Made by a program: the position numbers and the translations under genes
The notes under the pieces: model-generated
The model's input: the letters and a program-made list of their open reading frames with translations, nothing else
The model's database searches: none
Told to the model about the DNA's origin: nothing
Source: an uncultured Verrucomicrobiae bacterium
GTDB taxonomy: Bacteria > Verrucomicrobiota > Verrucomicrobiia > Chthoniobacterales > Chthoniobacteraceae
Reading direction: 5' to 3'
Assembly (NCBI GenBank): GCA_963828525.1
Contig: CAWHEP010000002.1
Coordinates: 192,001 to 256,000 of the forward strand
DNA length: 64,000 nucleotides
Shown: piece after piece, positions 30,254-39,573 of the stretch
How the letters are laid out: every line of letters starts with the position of its first letter
Position numbering within the stretch: the stretch's first letter is position 1

Positions 30254-30968
30254 CTAGTGAAAGCGGTTGTAGATGCGAGTCCAGAAAGGCGCAAAGCTCG
30301 CCAGCAGCTTGTCGTACGCGGCTCGTTCTGCCTTCTTGCGGGCGGCCTCAATGGCGCTAGCGCTGCCCCAAGCCATCGTCAGTCCGGAACGCGTGTCGCC
30401 CTCTTCAAGCGCGCCATAGATATAGCCGGTCTTCGTGTCCATCAAGATGGCGGAGGCCGTGGAGTTAATCTTGTAATGCTTGTTGGGCACGAGGCCGAGA
30501 CTGAGGGTCGTCAGCGGCGCGATCACGTTGTTGTCGCTGAACTCGGTGGCAAGCGTGTAGATAAGAATGGCATCGGCCTGCAACTTCGCCGACGCCTCGC
30601 GAAGATCGAGATCGGACGAAAAAGACTTCGGCAACAGGAGCCGGTTGAGGGCGACTATGCCCGCAACGCCGCGCAACTTGGAAAGATTGTCGATGTCTTG
30701 TTCTGTTTCGATGTCTCGCGTCGTGACCACGCTATAAGCTCCAGAGCCAACGCCTTCAGCGGACTCCGAGCGGTATCCGCTCTCCTGAATCCGCACCACG
30801 GCAAGATTGGCCGGAAATTTGATTGCCGGGCCGGGCCACGAAGGCCTTCTTGACTCGCGGATCGGTGAACGTGCTCAGGTCGGCTTGACGTCCGGGCGTG
30901 ACATAGCTGGCGCACGAGCAGAGGAACAATGCCGTGAACAGGGTAAGGCTGACATGGAGGGGCTTCAT
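30254..30968 (-). CDS. Hypothetical lipoprotein; +1 frameshift at ~30829
   Basis: MKPL...FLCSC lipobox in ORF 30756-30989. Removing one base joins ARPAIKFPANLAVVRIQESG into ORF 30254-30799. Confidence 0.7.
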
Positions 30969-31231
30969 AGATTTCAGATGCGTGAGCAATAGCTGACGGG
31001 AGGCAGGGTGGTAGAAGCGCTTTTGCCGATATGCTTTGATTGGCCGGACCCGTAGGGATTGCGGTTATGCTTCGAGAAAAGAACCAAGGTTGCAAGTCCT
31101 AATGTCTCCACCAAAAGCTCCAGGGTGTGACCATCATCTGGATACGTGGAACGATGCCTCGGCGCCTTCCTGACACTGATCGAATGGTTGCAGATCTGCG
31201 AGTGGAGCCGCAACGGGTGGCGGGCGGCATC

Positions 31232-32335
31232 TCAGTCAGTATTTTCCTCCAAAATTAGTCCCTGCCCAACGATACGGGTTTCCCCTTCGATTTTATGAAG
31301 CGTCATAACTTTAGAGTGAGAATCTTCCGCAAGTAGGTCTCCAAGTTTCTTGGAATGCGTAGTAACCCAAACTTGGGAGCGCTCCGAGGCACGGCGAATC
31401 AAACTTGCGAGAGGTATCAGTACGTCCGGGTGCAGGCTGTTTTCCGGTTCGTTGAGAATAAGCAACGGCGCTGGCGCCGGACTGAGTAGAGCGGCCAGCA
31501 AGCATAGGTAACGCAATGTGCCGTCTGAAAACTCCGAAGCATGGAGGCTTCGCTCCATTCCTGGAGCCTCGAGTTCCAGCCAAAAAGAGCATCCCTCCTG
31601 AGGAATATGTAATCGACTGCCTGGAAAAACAGCCTGGATCGACTCCTCTAGTGTTTTCGCATCGCCTTCTTGACGAATGGTCTGCAGCGCGGCAGCCAAG
31701 TCAATACCGTCATGCGCTAGAATTGGGGTGCGAACGGAAGGCTGGGCATGCCTCAAAGGTGACTCAGGATCGGTTCGGAAAGAGTCGTAAAAGCGCCACT
31801 CTTGGAGGTCGCGTCCCAAAATTGAAAGTTCTGGATAAAGGTGAGGTTCTCTCAACTGGGCTAAAACCGGTTCGGCAGGACTCAGGTTGCCAGAATACGA
31901 CGTCCGTTTTCCCTCTCGATTCATGACCCACGCTCCAGATGCTGATCGCTCGAAGTAAGTATTTCCCTTCCGTCGAGGTGAACCCATCCAGACAAATTCT
32001 TCTTTAACTTCTGGATCAAGCGGAAACGCGCTGGAGGGAGGTGGTAATCCCAAGCTAACCTCATAGTTGAACTGGTCAGAGCAAGCGGAGAGCAGGAGTC
32101 TAACGGGACCCTTTTTGCGCGGTCCAGCCCAAAGGATAGAAGGCATTCCACCCTCCTGAGCAATCGTTTTTGGAAGCCCACCTTGGGCGGTACGCGCCAG
32201 AAGTCGGAGTGCTTTGTAAAGATTGCTTTTCCCAGAGCCGTTCGGTCCGCATACAACGTTAAGGCGTTGCAGTTTAAACTCGAGTTTACGAATAGAGCGA
32301 TAGCCCCCGATGGTGACGCGATCCAGGACCGACAT
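31232..32335 (-). CDS. ABC/SMC-type (AAA_21-like) ATPase
   Basis: IGGYRSI, Walker A GPNGSGKS, signature SDGT, Walker B variant LILNEPE, H-loop TTHS. Confidence 0.9.
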   Translation of the reverse strand: MSVLDRVTIGGYRSIRKLEFKLQRLNVVCGPNGSGKSNLYKALRLLARTAQGGLPKTIAQEGGMPSILWAGPRKKGPVRLLLSACSDQFNYEVSLGLPPPSSAFPLDPEVKEEFVWMGSPRRKGNTYFERSASGAWVMNREGKRTSYSGNLSPAEPVLAQLREPHLYPELSILGRDLQEWRFYDSFRTDPESPLRHAQPSVRTPILAHDGIDLAAALQTIRQEGDAKTLEESIQAVFPGSRLHIPQEGCSFWLELEAPGMERSLHASEFSDGTLRYLCLLAALLSPAPAPLLILNEPENSLHPDVLIPLASLIRRASERSQVWVTTHSKKLGDLLAEDSHSKVMTLHKIEGETRIVGQGLILEENTD

Positions 32336-32555
32336 AAGTTTAGACTGGCTGCGACACGGATTTAGATCAATAGCCGGAAAAAAAGGAAAGAACGGCCGGT
32401 AGAAGAAAAGGAATGCCCTGAGATGATTGGTTGCGCGGCGATCCGGAATCCTGATGCCCGTTGTCGTTGTGCGAGGCAGCCAAGGGAAGGATTGTCAGAA
32501 AATTCTTGCGTCACCTTGTTGGGGACGGTAAGAAGGCGACTTTTTACAGCTTATT

Positions 32556-33026
32556 ATGTTCTCCCCTCGCAGCAGTTTCCTTCTATTTGTCGTCCTCTTC
32601 GCCGCTGGTTGCGCAAGCCAGCATTGCAGCAAGCAAGCGTCTGTTCCGCTGAAAATCGTCCGGACGACGGCCTACACACAGACCGAAGCTGGAGGAGGGC
32701 GGAACGCGATTGGGGGCTGTCTGTGTTCCGGGCAAATCAATAGCGCGGCGGCGGACTGGTCTCGCTTTCCGCTTGGGACGAAGTTCCAGATTTTGAATAC
32801 CGGAGAGGTTTTCAAAGTGGATGATTACGGATCGGCGCTGATCGGGACAAATACGATCGATCTATACAAGACGAGCCGGTTTGGGATGCGGAACTGGGGC
32901 GTGCGCTACGTAAATATCCGCATACTGGAGTGGGGATCGTCAAAGAAGAGCCTCGACGTTCTGGAACCGCGCGGACGGAATCGCGGGGTGCGCGTGATGA
33001 TAGATTCGCTTCGCCAACAGAGCTGA
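32556..33026 (+). CDS. 3D (Asp-Asp-Asp) domain lipoprotein
   Basis: Lipobox AAGC; TTAYT, AADW..FPLGT, DDYG, IDLY. Confidence 0.88.
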   Translation: MFSPRSSFLLFVVLFAAGCASQHCSKQASVPLKIVRTTAYTQTEAGGGRNAIGGCLCSGQINSAAADWSRFPLGTKFQILNTGEVFKVDDYGSALIGTNTIDLYKTSRFGMRNWGVRYVNIRILEWGSSKKSLDVLEPRGRNRGVRVMIDSLRQQS

Positions 33027-33046
33027 TCTGGGCAACATTCGCCGCA

Positions 33047-34018
33047 ATGAAAATACTCGTTACCGGCGGAGCAGGATACATCGGAAGCATCTGCGTCGAG
33101 CAACTCCTCGACCGTTCACATGAGGTCACGGTGTTCGACAACCTGTCGGAGGGGCATCGCAAAGCGGTGGATCCCAGGGCGCGGCTTGTCGTTGGCGACC
33201 TTGCGCGCCCTTCTGAAATCAACGAGGCGGTTCGGGAAGCGGCGCCTGACGCCGTGATGCATTTCGCGGCAAACGCGCTGGTGGGGGAATCGATGGAAAA
33301 CCCCTCGAAATATTTCCGTAACAACGTCTCGGGTGGAATTCACCTTCTGGACGCGCTGGTGGAGAATGGGGTGCGGCGGTTTGTTTTCTCGTCCACCTGC
33401 GCGACTTTTGGGCCGCCAGATCGCATCCCCATCGACGAGACTCTTCCCCAGCGGCCGATAAATCCGTACGGGGAATCGAAGTTGATCTTCGAAAAGATAT
33501 TGCGCTGGTACGATGAGATTCACGGTTTGAAGTTTGTCGCTTTGCGCTATTTCAACGCGGCGGGAGCAACTCCGACGTTTGGGGAGGATCATCGCATCGA
33601 GACGCACTTGATTCCGAACATCTTAAAAACAGCGCTGGGCCAGCGGGAGTTCGTCGAGATATTTGGAACGGATTACGAGACGCCCGATGGCACATGCATT
33701 CGGGACTACATACATATTCTTGATCTCGCGCAGGCGCACATCCTCGCGCTGGGAGCGGGGGAGAGCGCGTTCTACAATCTCGGGACCGGAGGCGGCACGT
33801 CCGTTCGCGAGGTCATCTCGGCATGCGAGCAGGTCACGGGAAAAACCATTCCGATTGTCGAAAAGCCACGTCGTCCGGGGGATCCGCCGCGACTGATCGC
33901 GAGTTCGGACAAGATACAAAAAGCGCTTGGCTGGAAGCCGAAGTTTCAGGCCATCGACAAAATTGTCGAGAGCGCTTGGACCTGGCACCAGCGCAACCCG
34001 CGCGGTTACGGGGATTAG
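33047..34018 (+). CDS. galE: UDP-glucose 4-epimerase
   Basis: TGGAGYIGS, YGESK, LRYFNAAG, DGTCIRDYIH, RRPGD. Confidence 0.96.
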   Translation: MKILVTGGAGYIGSICVEQLLDRSHEVTVFDNLSEGHRKAVDPRARLVVGDLARPSEINEAVREAAPDAVMHFAANALVGESMENPSKYFRNNVSGGIHLLDALVENGVRRFVFSSTCATFGPPDRIPIDETLPQRPINPYGESKLIFEKILRWYDEIHGLKFVALRYFNAAGATPTFGEDHRIETHLIPNILKTALGQREFVEIFGTDYETPDGTCIRDYIHILDLAQAHILALGAGESAFYNLGTGGGTSVREVISACEQVTGKTIPIVEKPRRPGDPPRLIASSDKIQKALGWKPKFQAIDKIVESAWTWHQRNPRGYGD

Positions 34019-34404
34019 GCGAACCCCTTGGCGAGGGCGCCCGCGTAATCGGGATGGAGCGGGTTTGCGATGACTCGGCGTTCCGAGGGGATAACGACCA
34101 GATCCATGTCTTCCATAGGGACGGCTCCGAGAAGGACTTCGTCTCCCAGGACTACCGCTCCAACGTAGCACTCGCGGTTTCCAAATCGGACATGGACTCG
34201 ACCAACATAGAGACATAGCTGCCGCCTGCCATCCGCTGTCGTGATTTCCTTCTGAGACGTTTCTTTTAGCTGTAGCCGGTTTGCAATCTGTTCCGGCACA
34301 CAGAGGAATAGAGCCCCGGAGTCGGCGAGCGCTTTTACCTCGATTGGGGGAAGGGAATCGACCCGTGGGCTGTCAAGGAGAACGGTGGCGGTTGCAAGAC
34401 ACAT
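34015..34404 (-). CDS. Clan AA (retropepsin-like) aspartic protease
   Basis: ALADSGA catalytic motif, ADG flap, LLGAVPMEDMDL. Confidence 0.85.
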   Translation of the reverse strand: MCLATATVLLDSPRVDSLPPIEVKALADSGALFLCVPEQIANRLQLKETSQKEITTADGRRQLCLYVGRVHVRFGNRECYVGAVVLGDEVLLGAVPMEDMDLVVIPSERRVIANPLHPDYAGALAKGFA

Positions 34405-34528
34405 TTTTGGAGGTTGCCTTGCCGAAAGATCAAAAGCAAACGGGGGGCACATCCGGCTTGCGCTCAATGCCTGGAGAGGTTGCTTGACATCGATCATTCG
34501 ATGATAAAGAAGCTTCATCTGCTTTCAT

Positions 34529-36241
34529 ATGTTTAACGGACTTCGCCTTCAATGCTTCGCGCTGTCATGGCTCCTCGCGGCTGTATCGTGCTTTGCGGGG
34601 GAATATCAATTTTCGGTGCCGGCCCCAGGATCGAAAGATGGGCGGGCGTTTTTATGGATACCTCCGGGCTGCGCTCAAGTACGCGGCATTGTATTCGCGG
34701 ATCACTATAACCTGGAAAAGTTGGTGATGGATGACCCGATCATCCGGGCGGCCGCCGCGAAAGAAAATCTCGCGCTGGTGCTGACCGTTTCCAGCGCGCT
34801 TGGAGAGTTTCACTACAACGAGGGCGCGGATAAGGCGCTGCAAAAAATCCTGGATGATCTGGCGGTGGAATCGGGTTACGGCGAAATCTCCACAGCGCCG
34901 CTGCTCCCGATCGGACACGCGGAAGGGGGGATGACGGTGTGGAACCTCATCTATTGGAACCCTGGGCGTGTCATTGGGGGGGTGATCCTGCATTCGAACG
35001 TGAGTCTGCCGCCCTCCTGGGACAAGAGCGCGACCCCCGACGGCGTGCCCGTTCTCGCGGTGAGCGGAGAGTATGAGTCATGGGGCAGCCCGAAGGAGCC
35101 TCTGGATAAGCATTGGCGGGCGTTGCGAGGCGGGTTGCTGGACATGCGGGGATCTTACGATGAGGCGCTGGTGAATGAGGTCGTGCAGCCAGGCGCGGGT
35201 CATTATTCGTGGGAGGAACCTCTCGCGCGGCATGTAGCGATGTTCATCCAGAAAGCGGCGCGCTATCGCATCCCGGCTGCGATGTCGGGCACGACCGGCG
35301 CGGTCGTGTCTGGAACGCTGGTGTCTGGCACGACCGGCGCTCTTGTGTCTGGCGCGGTCAACGTGACGACGCCACCGCTTCCCCCGGGCAAGCTGAATCA
35401 TCTGCCCCTTGAGTCAGGCTGGTTGACCGATATCACTTTGCTCACACCCAGCGATTACGCGCCTGCTCCGTTCAACCAGTTTAATCAGGACCCGACGCTC
35501 GCCTTCTGGCATCTGGACGCGGAGATCGCCAAAGCCACGGAGGGTTTTGAGGCCAGCAGGCGCGGAAAGGTTGATCAACGTGTCACGTTCGTGCAGGACG
35601 GGGTTCCACTTGCGGCCGGGGCGATCGAAAGTCTCAAGTTCGAACCCGTGGATGATGGGATGACCGTGAAGCTAAAAGCCGACTTCCTGACAAAGACGCC
35701 AGAGGGCGTGGCGAACGCGGGGAAACCCCTGGCGCGCGCGCCCGGGCAGATCAAGTTCCGGCTGGTGGGCGGGGACGGCGGGGGAGGTGAACAGACTGGG
35801 CCAGACACGATGCGCATACGGTTTGACAACTTCCAGATGAGCCGCCGGACAAACAACCTGCAGGTGATCGCATTTCAGGAAGGGGATGAAAAATTCGCGT
35901 ATGCCGAGCAGGCGGCGCAGATTGCGTATCCTGAGAAGAACACGGAAGGAGCCCCGCAAACGATCGATTTTCCGAAAATTGAGGATACGAAGGCGGGAGC
36001 CGCAAGCATAACACTGGCGGCAACTTCCAGTTCTGGTTTGCGAGTGGAATATTACGTTAGGAATGGCCCCGCCGTTGTGGATGGAACCAATCTAAAGCTC
36101 ACATCAATACCGCCGCGTTCCAAGTACCCCGTAAAAGTCACGGTGGTCGCCTACCAGTGGGGGCGGACGATCGACCCGCTCTTCCAATCCGCGGAGCCTG
36201 TGGAAAGGACATTTTCGATCCTCGCGCCTGACAAGCACTAG
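34529..36241 (+). CDS. Secreted hypothetical protein: alpha/beta-hydrolase-like N-domain plus Ig-like C-terminal domain
   Basis: Signal peptide; AFLWIPP..VRGI, PLLPIGHAEGG, PGAGH; C-terminal QTIDFP..ITLAATSSSGL; internal SGTTGA(V/L)VSG repeat. Confidence 0.75.
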   Translation: MFNGLRLQCFALSWLLAAVSCFAGEYQFSVPAPGSKDGRAFLWIPPGCAQVRGIVFADHYNLEKLVMDDPIIRAAAAKENLALVLTVSSALGEFHYNEGADKALQKILDDLAVESGYGEISTAPLLPIGHAEGGMTVWNLIYWNPGRVIGGVILHSNVSLPPSWDKSATPDGVPVLAVSGEYESWGSPKEPLDKHWRALRGGLLDMRGSYDEALVNEVVQPGAGHYSWEEPLARHVAMFIQKAARYRIPAAMSGTTGAVVSGTLVSGTTGALVSGAVNVTTPPLPPGKLNHLPLESGWLTDITLLTPSDYAPAPFNQFNQDPTLAFWHLDAEIAKATEGFEASRRGKVDQRVTFVQDGVPLAAGAIESLKFEPVDDGMTVKLKADFLTKTPEGVANAGKPLARAPGQIKFRLVGGDGGGGEQTGPDTMRIRFDNFQMSRRTNNLQVIAFQEGDEKFAYAEQAAQIAYPEKNTEGAPQTIDFPKIEDTKAGAASITLAATSSSGLRVEYYVRNGPAVVDGTNLKLTSIPPRSKYPVKVTVVAYQWGRTIDPLFQSAEPVERTFSILAPDKH

Positions 36242-36304
36242 GTTTGCCGCTTTGTCTTGCAGGGTACCTTTCCAAGGCCGCTCGGTGGCGGCCAGCAGCT
36301 TGAA

Positions 36305-36511
36305 CTAGACCTGAGCGAGGCCGAGAGCGCGGAGCAGTTCCATGTCGCTGTCGGACTCGGGGTTGCTGGCGGTCAGCAACTTGTTGCCGTAGAAGACCAA
36401 GTTTGCTCCGGCGAAAAAGCAGAGGGCTTGTCCCTCGCGGGACAAACGGGTTCTGCCCGCCGATAAACGGACGCCCGCCTGAGGAAGGGCGATGCGGGTG
36501 GTTGCGATCAG
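36305..36511 (-). repeat. Duplicated 3' end of bioB (direct repeat of 39574-39780)
   Basis: 207 bp, ~17 mismatches by manual count; encodes [10 protein letters not shown]...DMELLRAL with its own stop codon. Confidence 0.95.
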
Positions 36512-36590
36512 TTCCAAAGGATATACAAAGGCGAAGCCAGGCATATTTCAGAACTGACTTTATCTGCAAATGCAAACAGGTCCCTCACAT

Positions 36591-37355
36591 TCATTTTCCG
36601 ACCACTATCCGGTTCAGATTACGGCTGGCAAAGGCGCGGGTAGTGGGATCCCAGTGAAAATGCGCTGTTGCCTCTCGCGACTCCTCCCGTCCGTCGCCGA
36701 AGGATAATCTGTAGTGAGCGGTAATCGCCAATCTACCTCGAAAAGCCGAAACGGTGGCATCCTGCGCGCGTTCGAAGCGAGGATTGATGTCAAAAGTGCC
36801 GTCGTGGACTTTCAGCGTTTCATGAAACCGATGGTGATCGACGATAAAGAACTCGTCGTAAGTCTCGCGTTCACGTCGTCCCCCCAGGGAGAGATTAAAG
36901 TGAACATGCAGTAACCCACGTGGCGCCAGCGCGAGAATCTCCGGGTCGGAGATATCGGAGAAACTTGGCTCGGCGCCCGTGAAAACGAGATCAGCGACGT
37001 GGAATAGTCCGTCCGGCTTCTTCTCCAGGAGAAACAAAGCAGCACACATCGGAGAATCACGAAGGGGCTTGGAATGAAAGAAGGCAACAGCGTATGTTTT
37101 TGCGTACCGGATAACCTTGAAGCCGCGGGAAAAGGGTCCGTGATCCTGAATGCTCTCCTGTTCTTCTTCACCATCGGCCGGTTTATAAGTCAGCAGTTGG
37201 TCCCAAGGCGGTGCTTTGGCCTCCAATGCAGCCTGGAAGGCATGAACGTTGGCATACCCGGGCCTCGAGTAGCGATTGCCGCCCTGGATGACAGGCCACT
37301 GCGCGCAGGCATGCGCGGCTCCAAGCCCGAAGACCAGAAGTAAGATTCGCCACAT
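36591..37355 (-). CDS. Secreted hypothetical protein
   Basis: Long ORF; signal peptide MWRILLLVFGLGAAHACA; no recognised domain. Confidence 0.7.
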   Translation of the reverse strand: MWRILLLVFGLGAAHACAQWPVIQGGNRYSRPGYANVHAFQAALEAKAPPWDQLLTYKPADGEEEQESIQDHGPFSRGFKVIRYAKTYAVAFFHSKPLRDSPMCAALFLLEKKPDGLFHVADLVFTGAEPSFSDISDPEILALAPRGLLHVHFNLSLGGRRERETYDEFFIVDHHRFHETLKVHDGTFDINPRFERAQDATVSAFRGRLAITAHYRLSFGDGREESREATAHFHWDPTTRAFASRNLNRIVVGK

Positions 37356-37450
37356 CAACCGAGACCGATATTCACATTGCAACACCGACATAATAGCGGA
37401 AATCATCCAGTCAAATGATACTCCCTGCATCAGCGGGGATGGAATGGCAG

Positions 37451-39541
37451 TCAGTCGCCTCGAACTCCTCCCGCCAGACTTGTGATGGTCCTATCCGGAG
37501 TGATTTTTACAATGGCACAGTCAGAATAATCAGTCACAAGTAAATCTCCGTGTTGGTCAAAGGCAAGGTCGTTTGGATTAAAAGAATCTCCAGCCACGAC
37601 TACGCGGCCATCTTTCCTATTGCTTGGGTCGATCGTTCCCGCGAATGTCGATACGCTCCCATTGGGAGAAATCCTTCGGATGGCTTTGTTATCCCAATCC
37701 GCCACATAAAGAGCCCTGTTCGGCCCGATTGCCACTCCTCCCAAATGGCTAAACAGCGCTTCGTTCCTCGCGCCGTCCACAGCTCCGCATTGCCCCGGTT
37801 TCCCGGCATAGGTTGTGACGTTCCCTTGCGGAGTTATTTTGCGGATCACCGCGTTATTGGTATCTGCCACATAAAGGTTTCCGGTTCGGTCAAAAACCAG
37901 CGCTGTTGGGTCGTTTAACCGCGCTGCGGAACCCACTCCATCCGCGATCCCTTCAATATCCTCGTCGAGTACCCCAGCGAAGATTGTCCGCTGCCCTGCT
38001 TTGTCGAAACGGACAACCGCATTGCATGCTGTAACATAAAGCTTTCCATCGGGACCTACGGCAAGACCCTTCGGACCATAATAAGCGCTGGGGAAAGTGT
38101 AGGGGCCCCGTCCAATCGCATTCTTCACCAGCGTGGTAACCATGCCATCCGGCGTTATCTTGCGAATCGCATCGTTCCGGCTATCGGCCACAAGGAGATT
38201 GCCATTGGCGTCGAAGGTCAATCCCAGGGGGTCGCTGAACATGGCTTTCTTTCCTGGGCCATCCACAAATCCCTCCTCGTCTGGCGTCCCGGCAAACGTG
38301 GTCACCACTCCGTCTGGAGTGATTTTGCGTACGATTTCATTTCCACTGTCTGAGATATAGATTATCCCCGACTTATCGATTGCAATTCCTTGCGGGTTCT
38401 GGAATCGGGCCTCTTTACCTTTGCCGTCTGCGCTAAAGATGCGGCTCGGAGAGCCGGCGAGAAATGTCGCTACGCCGGCAGGCGACACCTTTGCCACCAG
38501 GTATTGATTCGCCACATAGATGTTCCCCTCAGAGTCAGAAGCGAGTTTCCCAGTTCCAAACAGAGTCGCTTCCTTGCCCACTCCCTCCCTGATATGGGGA
38601 TGTCCCTCCTTAAATGAACCCGCGAGAATCGTCACCATTCCCCTCGGTGAAACTTTCAGAACCGAACCGTGTCCGAAGGCGAGGATGTCTCCGTCTGGGC
38701 TAATATGCACATGGCTAGGACACGACAGAGCCTCTGATCCGGCCTGGCTATTCCTTGCCAGCACCGTGGAAACTCCATTCGCGCTGAGTTTGAAGATGGC
38801 GCCGTTATCCCTGTTATCGTCCGATACGTACACTGTTCCCTCTCCATCCACCGCAATCCCCGTGGCGTGAGCAGTTCCGATTTTTGGGGGTCTGCTAATA
38901 TCGCCATCGACCGCAACTTCTGTGGCACCAGTGGAGATTGCGATTGTTGTGACAAGACCTGCCACACCGATCTTGCGAATATTTCCATCGACGACGTAGA
39001 GGTTTCCGCCTTTGTCAAAGGCTAGCTCCGTGGGATTGGCAAAAGTTGCCGTGTTAATCGGGCCATCTTCTGTAACAACAACCGGGATTGACCTTTCTAC
39101 GTCTATCTCGGTCGACGATGCCGGTCGATAATGCGCCTTGATCATCCCCGCGAACGTCGTCACGACTCGTCGCGGCGTAATCTTGCGAATCCTGCTGTTC
39201 CCCGAATCGGCCACGTAAATATTGTCGTTCGGATCTATCGCCAATCCTCCTGGAGAAGAAAAGCGAGCTTTCGAACCCTCTCCATCCGTCGCGCCCTGAC
39301 ATCCGGCGTTTCCCGCGAACGTAGTTACTACTCCGTCCGGGGTAATTTTGCGGATCGTTTGGTCGCCTGTATCGGAAACCAGGATGTTTCCGTGGCTATC
39401 CACCACGATCCCTCCCAGTTGATTGAAGTTGGCGTCGGACCCTTTGCCATCCACTCCGCCGGCAACGTGGTCAGATGGACGGGCGGCCAAAACCGGAAGC
39501 GCCGCAGCGCAACAGAGTAGAAATAGAAACCAGCATTTCAT
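37451..39541 (-). CDS. Secreted NHL-repeat (beta-propeller) protein
   Basis: Signal peptide; many F..P.GLA.D..GN.YVAD..N..IRKITP.G.VTT.AG repeats. Confidence 0.92.
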   Translation of the reverse strand: MKCWFLFLLCCAAALPVLAARPSDHVAGGVDGKGSDANFNQLGGIVVDSHGNILVSDTGDQTIRKITPDGVVTTFAGNAGCQGATDGEGSKARFSSPGGLAIDPNDNIYVADSGNSRIRKITPRRVVTTFAGMIKAHYRPASSTEIDVERSIPVVVTEDGPINTATFANPTELAFDKGGNLYVVDGNIRKIGVAGLVTTIAISTGATEVAVDGDISRPPKIGTAHATGIAVDGEGTVYVSDDNRDNGAIFKLSANGVSTVLARNSQAGSEALSCPSHVHISPDGDILAFGHGSVLKVSPRGMVTILAGSFKEGHPHIREGVGKEATLFGTGKLASDSEGNIYVANQYLVAKVSPAGVATFLAGSPSRIFSADGKGKEARFQNPQGIAIDKSGIIYISDSGNEIVRKITPDGVVTTFAGTPDEEGFVDGPGKKAMFSDPLGLTFDANGNLLVADSRNDAIRKITPDGMVTTLVKNAIGRGPYTFPSAYYGPKGLAVGPDGKLYVTACNAVVRFDKAGQRTIFAGVLDEDIEGIADGVGSAARLNDPTALVFDRTGNLYVADTNNAVIRKITPQGNVTTYAGKPGQCGAVDGARNEALFSHLGGVAIGPNRALYVADWDNKAIRRISPNGSVSTFAGTIDPSNRKDGRVVVAGDSFNPNDLAFDQHGDLLVTDYSDCAIVKITPDRTITSLAGGVRGD

Positions 39542-39573
39542 GGCGGCCTTGTGCGGAGAGCAGCCCTTAGCTG

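Noticed and set aside
36305..36511. bioB duplicate as a DGR template/variable repeat pair
   Set aside because: Mismatches are not confined to adenines on either strand, and no reverse transcriptase is in the window.
37451..39541. Recurring DNA similarity as CRISPR or DGR repeats
   Set aside because: Degenerate, in-frame NHL protein repeats; no constant repeat-spacer pattern.
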